Shown: piece after piece, positions 11,876 to 21,198 of the stretch
Numbering within the stretch: the first letter of the stretch is position 1
Layout: every line of letters starts with the position of its first letter
NCBI RefSeq assembly: GCF_000400465.1
Contig: NW_008806290.1
Span: forward strand, 217,374-249,373
DNA length: 32,000 bases
Reading direction: 5' to 3'
From: Wallemia ichthyophaga EXF-994
Taxonomy: Eukaryota; Fungi; Basidiomycota
Translations under genes and position numbers: made by a program
Notes under the pieces: generated by a model
The model's input: the letters and a program-made list of their open reading frames with translations, nothing else
Databases searched by the model: none
What the model was told of the DNA's origin: nothing

Positions 11876-11960
11876 TGAATTTTTATTTAATTTAATTTAA
11901 TTAATTTTATTTCTTGTCTTGGTGGTTACGTTACAACAGATCTCCCGCTTAGTCCATGCC

Positions 11961-11968
11961 CACGTGAT
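11961..11968. promoter_or_regulatory. CACGTGAT E-box (Cbf1/bHLH-type) in the 100-nt EDE1/CENP-W divergent promoter
   Basis: CACGTGAT (ATCACGTG on the minus strand) matches RTCACRTG. An AT-rich tract at 11880-11912 lies in the same gap. Function is not demonstrated. Confidence 0.3.
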
Positions 11969-11975
11969 TTGAGCG

Positions 11976-12271
11976 ATGGCCCCACTCACGCTCACCAAAG
12001 CACTAAAAGACAAAAAACCAAAATCCCAAATCCACAAGCACTGCGATAAACTCTCTTACATCGCCCTATTATCCTTCTTGCAGCGCACTGCTATGGAGAC
12101 TAGAATCGTTTCCCAAGAAATCCACGGCCACGACAACAACAGGCTAATGACACGCAGGGAAGTTGGGAGAGCAGGCAGAGTGAGTTCCGTGTTTTCTTGC
12201 CTAGTTCCCCTCCAACTAACCCATACAAGCGCGTTTTGAGACGCGTAAATGGAAATCAAGAACAGCCATAA
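11976..12271 (+). CDS. CENP-W (Wip1)-like histone-fold kinetochore protein, 81 aa
   Basis: Exon 1 is 11976-12179, the intron is 12180-12229 (GTGAGT...CTAAC...AAG) and exon 2 is 12230-12271. The protein MAPLTLTKALKDKKPKSQIHKHCDKLSYIALLSFLQRTAMETRIVSQEIHGHDNNRLMTRREVGRAGRRVLRRVNGNQEQP follows the CENP-W pattern (KKP...D.L...L.F..R.A.E.R...V..A...L...G), aligned by eye from recall. Confidence 0.75.
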
Positions 12272-12312
12272 AATGAATAAATAATGTAAATCCATGTAAT
12301 TTATATAGGGTC

Positions 12313-15089
12313 TCATTTCCCTGCCATCTTCTTGAACTTGGCCTTGGCTTTCTGTTCACTCTTCTCTTCTGCCCTCTCATCACCCAATTGATCCACTTTC
12401 TTACGCATTTTATCCTCATATTTATCCAGCTCCTCTCTGCGTTCCTTCTGCTTATGCCCTGCGATGAACTTGGCATCTTTACGCAACTCCCGTATAGCTC
12501 CCTTTCTCTCCGCCTTAACCTCTGCCTTGAGTTTCGATGTTGCGGCTCGATCGTGATCTGGATCGTATCTCCTATCTGCGTTATAGTTCTCTTCAAACTT
12601 AGGTACGAGCGAGTTGATAGCGATTTGTTTGTGTTGCTGCATTCTCAATGGTCTGCGCGATTGTTTCGCAAATTTTACCTGATTGCCAAGCTGTTGTAGG
12701 GTGTTTTCTGTCTTATTCTGAGGGTATGTGAGCCTAACACTGACAATTCACTACCACTTTAACTCACTTTCACGCTTCCCAACATTCCCCTCTTCTCGAC
12801 CATCCTCAAACTCCCAACGAGTGGATCAAACGCTTCGATGAATCCATCAAGCGCACTCCACATTTGCGCTGCTTCGCGGGAAATCGTGAGTATCCTATCC
12901 ATCACGTCTACCTTGGCTTGTTGTTGGTCAGACTGTGAATTTGATTCGCTTTGAGTGAGCATGTCTCTGAGGTTCGTATCACTTGGCGTAACAACCGGGT
13001 TATTCATCGCCACTCCCCGCAATCGCCCTACATCAGGAACTGGATGCTGTCCCGGAACATTCATTTCCCTGCCAACTCCACCCAGAATAAGCACACTGCT
13101 AATCAGAAAGTTTACTACTTCCGGTATGAATCTCTTTGAGTAATGTTCATACTGCAAAGAAATGCCGCAAAGTACCAAACCTTTGATTATATCACTCAAA
13201 CTCCTTATGCGCGCCTGTGAGAGGTATTGTCCGATAAGCAGTTGTGCTGCAGATCCTACAGGATGACTGTAGTCGGAAGTTGACCACACAACACCAACTA
13301 CCCTAAGTATACTCAGTTCAGGTATCCCTGGCCACGTTTTGCTCTTATCGTTCGTCGCGCCGGCTGAGACACCCTTGTTGAAATTCCGCTCAAGTAGCTC
13401 GAGCTTCTGTTTGAATATATCGGCTGATGGGATTGGCAGTAGTTTTGTGAGCTGCTCAATATGACGAGAAATGGTCTCCATTATCTTCATGTCGACACTC
13501 GTTGACGCTGTGTATAGGAGGTGGTCGAGTAGAACGCCATTAAAGAGCGCCAACTTTGCTTTGTTTTCTTCACCTAATTCGGGGTGATAGAGTGTGCGTA
13601 TTCTCTCAATCATTATTGGGATTTGAGAAGGCTGGATGTTGTTAGATTCAACAATGTCCATGAATTCATCGTGATTCGATGGGCATTCAAAGGTGTATGG
13701 GAGGTTTGAGGAGGTATTTGAGGGTGTTTTTGATGACTTTTTCTTGCTACTAACTAGGTTCTCTACTGGTGCATCATTTTTCTGTGGCATATCACCGAGT
13801 TCGCCTTCATTTGATTCAGCGATGCTATCTTCAGAGTCGTCAGAGTCACCGTCTTGGTAATTCTCCCCCTCCTCATTGACATCCTCATGATCCTCATCAT
13901 CACTTTGCTCACTATCATCACCACCAAGACCCTTACCAATACCATAAGACTCGGCATTTTCCACTTGTTCATCATCTGAGGGGTTTTCATCGTCATGACT
14001 TTCATTCTCAGCCTCCTCTTCTTCTTCACGAGCACGTTGTCTTTTCGCAGCAAAACCACCGGTGGGATTGGTAACTTGAGAGTCATCCTCGCCTCTCATT
14101 CTAAGCAATCTTGCCTTCTCATTCTTTTCAAGTTCTTCTCTAGCTTCGAAAGCCACTTCAGCGTCAGATTTGAGTCGATCGGTAGGTTTTGCGCGTCTAT
14201 CGAAGGCCAATTGTCTAACGAATTGGTCGTAATCTTCGTTACCGCTCTTGTCTCCTTTGTAAGGGGCATTCCTTTCTCTATTCTTTCTCTCCTTCTCCTT
14301 GTCATTTTCTGCTGTACCATCAAAAAGCAGCCCTTTAATATCATCAAGATCAGCATCAACTTGTTCTCTAAGCGCATCGTCATCTTCACGCTGCTGCTGT
14401 CTTTCCATTTTGTGTGCTTTAGATTTAGTGATGAGTTCCTCCATGACCTCTGCCTTAGTTTTGCGTCGAGGGGGTGCATCTGGGTGAGAGTAATCGATGG
14501 GTTCTTCCTCCTCGCCGTCACCAAAGCCGCCGAAAGCGTCAAAACGAGTACTCTCGGCGGGGTCGTCATCATCGGCCAGACCAGCATTAGCAAAGTCATC
14601 GTTAAGAGCGAGGCTCTGGCCGTAATGAGTCAATTCATCATTATCTTCGAGATTGTAGTCGGCGTTGTTTCGAGTACGTTTGCCAGTATTGGCCTTCTCG
14701 GCCTGGTATCGCTCGAGCATCCTATCCTCCTCGTCGAGAGTTGGGTCCTGCTCGCCAAACCTCCTGTCTTTGAATTGGCCTGTTCTGTTTCGGTTCTGGA
14801 GTGCAGGCAGCAGTGCTTCTTTACGACTGTCTATACCGGCTTGCTTGGCTTTGGCGGGTGCACCGAGGCTGCCAATAACTTTTCTACCGCCCACATTATG
14901 CTTGAGGCGCTGCACTTGAGTATCGAACTTGTTAAATTTTGAGTGTATATCGCTGCTGACCTTCTTCTTCTTTTCTTTGTCGGAAGGAGTGGTGGATGTG
15001 CCTTCGAACTTTCTCTTGTTTGGCTGCTGGTGTTTATTTATCCCTGCATTCTGCACTGTTTGCTGGAGTTGCTTCAGTTGTGAAGGCAT
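12313..15089 (-). CDS. NOP14: Nucleolar protein Nop14 (SSU processome)
   Basis: Motifs FKDRRFGE, KTKAEVMEELITKSK, FDRRAKPTDRLKS, LPYTFECP and ERKGAIRELRKDAKFIA. One intron at 12718-12767. Confidence 0.95.
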
Positions 15090-15152
15090 TCGTGGGAGAA
15101 ACGGAGAGAGAAGGCATAAAGATATTAATGATATAAATACACAAGGACACTT

Positions 15153-16298
15153 CTAATCCTCCTCATCAGATTCTACACGCTTCTTATAAACCTTCTTCTC
15201 CTGCTCGATGCGGTTTTCTGCGTCTTCAAGTGAGTCAAGCGAGTGTTGACCGTCGTCGTCTTCTTCGTCGTCAATTCCTTCTTCCATAGCGCCGTCCTCT
15301 TCATCCTCCACGACGAATCCATCATCTTGGTCTTTTTCGTAGGTTCCTCGTGCACCTATACGCCTCGAGGCAGCTGCCCTACTAAGATCATCATCATCAC
15401 TACTCCAATCGAGGTTGTGTCCAGAAGCAATGGCTTCCTTCTTCGCGGCAGCTCTCTCCATTTTAGCTTTGTTACGCGCAGATTTCTTATCATCTTCCAT
15501 CTTTTTAAGGAGTTCCTTGTGTGGATCCTTGGATTCTGTTTCTTTATCGACCATTTTCATCTTTGCAGCCTTAAAGTGCTTGTCATTGACAGTCGACGCG
15601 TACTTCTTGTGTACATTTGAAGCCAGTGAAGGTGGTACAAAATTGAGCTGGGTGTCAATCACGCTATCGCCCATAACGACCTGATTCTTTTCGTGATGCA
15701 AGAAAGCGAATTGACGGGGATTTGTACGAGTTTCAGTGTCCGCGTCATGATTGAGGTTTATATCATACATCTCTTTTCCCACTTGCAAGCTCAAGCTGCC
15801 GTCAGACCAGCGAATGAATCTGCTGTTGGATTGTGCAATTGTGTGGCCATCCTCATCTTGATTCCACCTCCATCTGATAGTATTTGAAGTATTGGCGTTT
15901 GAAGGTAGATTCTTATCATCATCTTCAAACGTCTGCCTATCAAAACCAGCAGATTGTATGTTTAAAAAGTTTGGGATTCTGGCAAGTGAATTGTAGGTGG
16001 ATGTGCGTATAGGTGGGAGATTGTTTATATCCATCGTAGCTGTCCTGACTTGCTCAAGGATAACGCCATCATTAGGCATATCCTCTTCATTGTATTCCAA
16101 GGGGTTATTGGTAGGTTGTGTGTGAGCTTCATCCGTGTCATTGTTCTTGTCGTCATTCTTGTCGTCGTTGTCGTCGTTGTCGTCATTAAAACCATTAAAT
16201 TGATTCAAAACCCCAGAATTTCCGTGATTATCGACATTCTCACCACTCACACCACCTTCTCCAAATAAATCGTCCATCAAATCATCGTTATCAGACAT
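15153..16298 (-). CDS. LEO1: Paf1 complex subunit Leo1
   Basis: Intronless. Acidic N-terminus ([14 protein letters not shown]) and Leo1 domain motifs RIPNFL, NTIRWR and [18 protein letters not shown]. The first ATG is at 16298; the ORF-track start at 16304 is a GTG. Confidence 0.92.
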   Translation of the reverse strand: MSDNDDLMDDLFGEGGVSGENVDNHGNSGVLNQFNGFNDDNDDNDDKNDDKNNDTDEAHTQPTNNPLEYNEEDMPNDGVILEQVRTATMDINNLPPIRTSTYNSLARIPNFLNIQSAGFDRQTFEDDDKNLPSNANTSNTIRWRWNQDEDGHTIAQSNSRFIRWSDGSLSLQVGKEMYDINLNHDADTETRTNPRQFAFLHHEKNQVVMGDSVIDTQLNFVPPSLASNVHKKYASTVNDKHFKAAKMKMVDKETESKDPHKELLKKMEDDKKSARNKAKMERAAAKKEAIASGHNLDWSSDDDDLSRAAASRRIGARGTYEKDQDDGFVVEDEEDGAMEEGIDDEEDDDGQHSLDSLEDAENRIEQEKKVYKKRVESDEED

Positions 16299-16334
16299 AT
16301 TCACCGGCTGTTGGTCGTTTCAATCCAACCAATC

Positions 16335-17786
16335 ATGTTCAATCCGAGTACGTCTTCCAGTTCAAATAAAAGGGTCTGTTACTTCCATGATAGCGATATT
16401 GGCCATTACCACTACGGTCCGAACCACCCCATGAAGCCTACTAGAGTAAATATGTGTCATAGCCTTGTTATGAATTATGGACTCTACAATAAAATGGAAA
16501 TCTACCGCGCTAAACCTGCGACGCGTAAGGAAATGACTCAGTTCCACACGGATGAGTATGTAGACTTCTTGAATAGAATTTCACCGGACAATATGGATTC
16601 CTATGCCAAAGAGCAAGCCAAGTGTGGGTGTTATCACTGTTTCTTCTTTGCTGTTTTAACACCACTGCCAGTCAACGTAGGCGATGATTGCCCTGTTTTC
16701 GATGGTCTGTTCGAGTATTGCTCCATTTCTGCAGGTGGTTCAATGGAGGGTGCCGCTCGACTCAGCCGCAACAAGACAGATATTGCCATTAACTGGGCTG
16801 GTGGTCTCCATCACGCTAAGAAAGCTGAAGCTTCCGGTTTCTGCTACATCAACGACATTGTTCTCGGGATCCTCGAACTCCTCCGCTACCACGACCGCGT
16901 CCTCTACATCGATATCGACATCCATCACGGCGATGGAGTCGAAGAGGCATTCTACACCACTGACCGTGTCATGACGGTATCCTTCCACAAATTCGGTGAA
17001 TATTTTCCAGGTACGGGCGACCTCAAAGATATAGGTTTGGGGAAGGGAAGGAAATATTCCTTGAACGTGCCTTTGCGAGACGGGATAACGGATAGCAACT
17101 ACCAGTCGATATTCGAGCCAGTAATCGAACACGTCATGTCGTGGTACAAGCCGAGTGCCGTGGTGCTCCAAAGCGGCTCCGACAGCTTAAGCGGGGACAA
17201 GCTGGGCTGTTTCAACTTGAGCATGCGCGGGCACGCCAACTGCGTGTCGTTTGTGAAGAAATTTAACCTCCCCCTCCTCCTACTCGGCGGGGGCGGGTAC
17301 ACGATCCGCAACGTCAGTCGCGCGTGGGCGTACGAGACGGGTATTGCCGTCGGGCAGGAACTCAGCCCTCATCTACCAATCACTGAGTACCACGACTACT
17401 TCGCCCCTTCACATACACTCGACGTACCCGCTTCCAACATGGAAGACCTCAATACTAAGCAGTACTTGTTTAATTTGAAAGCAGCCATTTTCGAGAACCT
17501 CCGCGATATAGACTTTACTCCTAGCGTTCAACTCCAGCCCGTACCACGTATGCTTCATGACGACGACGACGATCATGTCCTTGAAGACCGCGATGACCCC
17601 AACTCTAGACGCCCGCAGAGATTGTGGGATAGAAACGTGCAGAGGGACGACGAGTTTAGCGACAGCGACGGCGAGGGTGAGGGTGAGAATGCGAGCGGTA
17701 TTCGTGGTGTGCGTGCCAAACTTAACGGCGATTCTAACGCCAGACGGAATGAACAGAGCTATGCGAGTACACAGCCGGTTATATGA
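16335..17786 (+). CDS. RPD3: Class I histone deacetylase Rpd3/HDAC1
   Basis: Motifs [36 protein letters not shown] and GGGGY, followed by an acidic tail. The 48-nt intron 16624-16671 restores KFNVGDDCP. Confidence 0.96.
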   Translation: MFNPSTSSSSNKRVCYFHDSDIGHYHYGPNHPMKPTRVNMCHSLVMNYGLYNKMEIYRAKPATRKEMTQFHTDEYVDFLNRISPDNMDSYAKEQAKCGCYHCFFFAVLTPLPVNVGDDCPVFDGLFEYCSISAGGSMEGAARLSRNKTDIAINWAGGLHHAKKAEASGFCYINDIVLGILELLRYHDRVLYIDIDIHHGDGVEEAFYTTDRVMTVSFHKFGEYFPGTGDLKDIGLGKGRKYSLNVPLRDGITDSNYQSIFEPVIEHVMSWYKPSAVVLQSGSDSLSGDKLGCFNLSMRGHANCVSFVKKFNLPLLLLGGGGYTIRNVSRAWAYETGIAVGQELSPHLPITEYHDYFAPSHTLDVPASNMEDLNTKQYLFNLKAAIFENLRDIDFTPSVQLQPVPRMLHDDDDDHVLEDRDDPNSRRPQRLWDRNVQRDDEFSDSDGEGEGENASGIRGVRAKLNGDSNARRNEQSYASTQPVI

Positions 17787-17899
17787 TAAAACATAGCAAA
17801 CGAAATCTAACAAGGTAAAACTTGATGTAATATTACATGGACATATAAAACGGCGTATGCGTACTGCTTAATGCTTGCTGCCAACTATAACATGGGTGA

Positions 17900-18638
17900 T
17901 CAGCTGGCGTGTAAACCACTCCCACTCATACTCGCGCGTAACTGCATCTCTCTCTCGGCCAACTCAGCCAGATGAACCTGCAAGGCCAGTGAGCCGACCT
18001 GCAATTCGAGATTACTGCTGACGAGCGCAGACCAGTTCTTCTCGAGTGCATTGAGTCTATCGCCCAACTTGCCCTGTTCAGTCTTGCGCAATCTGTTGAT
18101 ATCGACAACCCTGTCGCGGGTGTGTTGCGAGTGAGTCTCCAACATCCGCGCGTCATTGTCGAGGGAATGATTAGAGACTTTCCACGCGTTTGCGCCGAGT
18201 GCAGTGAGTAATTCAAGATTGCTTGTTCGCTGTTGCTGGTATTCGGCGGTAATTGCGGCTGCGTTGAGCGACTGCTTCCATGGCGATTCCGCGGTGCTGC
18301 CGTCGCTGCCCTCAACATCCTCGGGCTCGGCCAGGGCATAACGGGAGCCGTCGAAGGCTGTGAGAGGGCTGCCGTGACCCACCCGCTCCAATTCCTGCGT
18401 GAGGAGGTGGCTAGAGGAGAGCGACGTAGATTCGTGTGGAGAAATATCGCTTGCTGGATTTGTATCGCCACTCCTCATTTCCTCAGCTACAAGACGTGCG
18501 GCGGCATCGCGCAGGTCTGGAGGTGGATAATGAGCGTGGAGTAGAGCGGGATACCAGCCACCCACGCTGATCGCTATCGATCTCCCTATCGTAGTAAGGC
18601 AGGCTGTCTAATTTGTAGTCTGCCTGCGTCGCTGACAT
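17900..18638 (-). CDS. SPF27: Pre-mRNA splicing factor Spf27/BCAS2 (Prp19 complex)
   Basis: Exon 1 encodes MSATQADYKLDSLPYYD. The intron is 18517-18565. Downstream motifs are LVAEEM, D.SRYAL, NLELL...GANAWKVSN and a C-terminal coiled coil. Confidence 0.88.
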
Positions 18639-18665
18639 GGCTGTACCGGTTCAAGGAGCACTTCC

Positions 18666-19073
18666 ATGGCCACCAAACGCACACTTATTGCAGCTATAGG
18701 CGATGACGATACAATAACGGGGCTGCTGTTGGCCGGCATCGGCAATGTGGACGAGGGGAGCGAGAAGAAGCAATCCAACTTCTACGTCCACGAGCAGCAC
18801 GCGCAGTTGAGTGTGTTGGAGGACCATTTCAGGCAATTCACGCAGGAGAGAGAGGATATAGCCATTCTACTGATAAATCAGCACATCGCTGAGCTTATTC
18901 GCCCGCTTGTTGAAAAGTATACGCAGCCATTCCCTGCGCTGCTTGAGATTCCATCCAAGGAGCATCCCTACGGTGGGGATATATACTACACACAACACCC
19001 TCCCTTACACTTACCCACAGACCCAGAAAAGGATACCATCCTTAAACGCGTGCAGAAATTAGTCGGCGATTAG
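18666..19073 (+). CDS. VMA7: V-type ATPase subunit F
   Basis: Motifs LIAAIGDDDTITGLLLAGIG, DIAILLINQHIA and PALLEIPSKEHPY|DPEKDTILKRVQKL. Intron at 18973-19020 (48 nt). Confidence 0.96.
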   Translation: MATKRTLIAAIGDDDTITGLLLAGIGNVDEGSEKKQSNFYVHEQHAQLSVLEDHFRQFTQEREDIAILLINQHIAELIRPLVEKYTQPFPALLEIPSKEHPYGGDIYYTQHPPLHLPTDPEKDTILKRVQKLVGD

Positions 19074-19748
19074 GTAACCCTTAATGCTATCTAATTGGGT
19101 ATTGCTGATTTCATACTCATAACAGCCGCGCTCAGATTCTTGATAAGGCTACACAAGCTCAAACATTGTATGATTATAATCAATATATCGCATTTATGGC
19201 TCGTGACGTCTGTTTGGAGAAGAGTCCAAATTTGCTGTCTTGGATGAGTGCAACGTCCATGTGAATTGCGCGTAGTATACTACACTTACTCAATAATATA
19301 AAGATTGACAAGACCACTCGCAATGTGTCTCCTTCATCCTTATCTGCTAATCTAGTGAAAAACACCGAGGAAAATGCACAAGCGAATACGCAGGAGAGAA
19401 GCCACAAAAGCGGCCTAAAAAGCGGCAAAGTTACTCTTAAATGCAGCTTCAGCCAGTGTATCAAAGGGGATGTGAAAATCTTGTTTGGAAACTTGTCTTA
19501 GAATGACAACAAGGTGAGCCAAATCAGTAGATGAGAGAGGAGTGTATATTCTCAGTCAAAATTCCAAGCATTTAGCTAAATCAAATGCACTCAATCATTT
19601 ATTAGAGATTGTTCTGGAATTAGTCTGATAGAGTGAAATAATTAGTCTTGAAAGCTAGCAGCGTGTGCAGAAGCGTTGATGATGAAAGGCTAACCATAAT
19701 GCCTTAAGCTTCATCGGCATGTTCAGCGCTATGATATTAGTTTCCCTC

Positions 19749-19868
19749 GTGAAGACTCCTCTTGTGTTGTAACAATTTCCCACACTGCGTAAAGTGCGTA
19801 TCAAGCATGTTGCATTTAAAGGGCTTTTCTGCTGGAAGATTGTTATGGGGTTATGGATGTTTGTTAAG
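19749..19868 (-). pseudogene. Degenerate C2H2 zinc-finger coding relic
   Basis: The minus frame reads LNKHP*PHNNLPA-EKPFKCNMLDTHFTQCGKLLQHKRSLH. This gives an EKPF linker and the spacing C-x2-(L)-x3-F-x5-L-x2-H-x4-H with the second Cys lost. An in-frame TAA (19853-19851) interrupts the preceding L-x2-H-x3-H. Confidence 0.5.
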
Positions 19869-20523
19869 CTTGCCAAGCTTTGGCTTTCTGAGATGGAGTG
19901 GGGTAGGATTGTTCAACTCGACGTCTGGCTGCTAACAGTGTAAGCCTGGGCCTGTATTATAAATGACCATTCGAAGCGTCTCTAGGTCGCAATAACTTAC
20001 TCATTCTGCGCTGTGGTTCCTCCTGGTCATAAAATTTTGGCCTGGAAGTTGGATTATCGCCCAGTACCTGTTTGAGATGCTCATAACTCGTTGAGCTGCT
20101 GGTGTTAATGAATTAATGGGTGTTTGTATCTTGGTGAATTGAAATATACAGAGAAGTGGGTGAATACCAAGGCGAAGATACTCCTCCGGATAACAAGTAA
20201 ATCACATCAAAATTACTCCTAAACTTGAACTGCTTAGCTCTGTGCCAGCAATTATGTTGAAATTTGTTTCAAGTTCTTATGTTTGTCTGTTCAGCCAGGA
20301 TTCAAAATTTTCATTCACGCTGCTGAGAGTGCACCGATATCAAACCAAATCGCTTAGCAAGGAAATCATAGATATACGCTGACCAAAGCATTATGTATGT
20401 CAGCCAGCAACAAAGTCAATCGAAATAACAAATTCATTTAATATACAATTCCATAACAAGAGCAAGAAGAACGGCGAAAAACCTAAACAGTTGTAGTGTA
20501 TTATACAATCCAATCTCTATAAC

Positions 20524-21125
20524 TCATATGAGCTGCTCTAGCGTATGCAAATACCCTGCCCGCTGTTTATGCAATCCCTTCTGAAACCGCTTGATAGTGT
20601 AATTCTCGATCCGTGAGCGCATAACATGCACGCCGATATCCATCCACGAGGAGGTAGATTTGCCGATGTTACTTATAACAGTAGCGTGAGTGTAGTGTTC
20701 TGTCTGTGAGTTGTTGTTGCACCCGCTAAAGCGCGCATCCTCCACCAAGCGCATCAGCTTAACGTGATCGATGTTATACGACTTGCACTCGAGCGTCTCC
20801 CCCACGGCATCCACGCGACTCTCCTCCACCACCCAGCTCTCTGCCCGCTCGACGAGGTTCTTCGGCAGCCATTTGGGCAGCTGGCCGCGTTTGAGGATGA
20901 GGCGTGTGCTGTGCAGCGTGTTGTCGGGTGCCACTGCCCGCCTGAGCACATCCACACTGACGATATGGCCCGCGAATGGGTTTGGGTAGCGAAGGAAGAA
21001 GGCCCTGGCACACAAGTTGAACGGGAAGCTGCGGGGAGTGAGAGGGCGAACACACCTAAACACTAGAAACACTAGAAACACTAGACACACTCGTAGACGC
21101 TGCTTATCGAGAAGCTGTTCACCAT
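20524..21125 (-). CDS. UPS1: PRELI/MSF1-domain mitochondrial intermembrane-space lipid transfer protein, Ups1-like
   Basis: Spliced N-terminus MVNSFSISSVYD|FPFNLCARAFFLRYPNP (intron 21029-21090), then LHSTRLILKRGQLPKW and SWVVEES. Confidence 0.85.
21058..21084. repeat. Intronic 9-nt tandem repeat (aaacactag) x3
   Basis: Three exact copies lie inside the UPS1 intron, which at 62 nt is longer than most introns here. Confidence 0.85.
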
Positions 21126-21198
21126 CCTTCTCCTTCTTGGTTGCGGTCCAAGAGAAGCGAGCGTTGGTTACGTTCCACCAACACATATCACATATCGC

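Noticed and set aside
12056-12316. 86-aa hydrophobic minus-strand ORF downstream of NOP14
   Set aside because: It overlaps antisense to the better-supported spliced CENP-W-like gene, which has canonical donor, branch and acceptor sites and a family-like sequence.
19126-19500. Two short plus-strand open stretches (LYDYNQYIAFMARDVC...; IDKTTRNVSP...)
   Set aside because: No start codon context, no consistent splice phase joining them and no recognisable domain.
20524-21186. ORF-track 220-aa version of the PRELI protein starting MCWWNV
   Set aside because: It reads through an intron in the wrong upstream frame. The spliced model from ATG 21125 gives the family-typical N-terminus.
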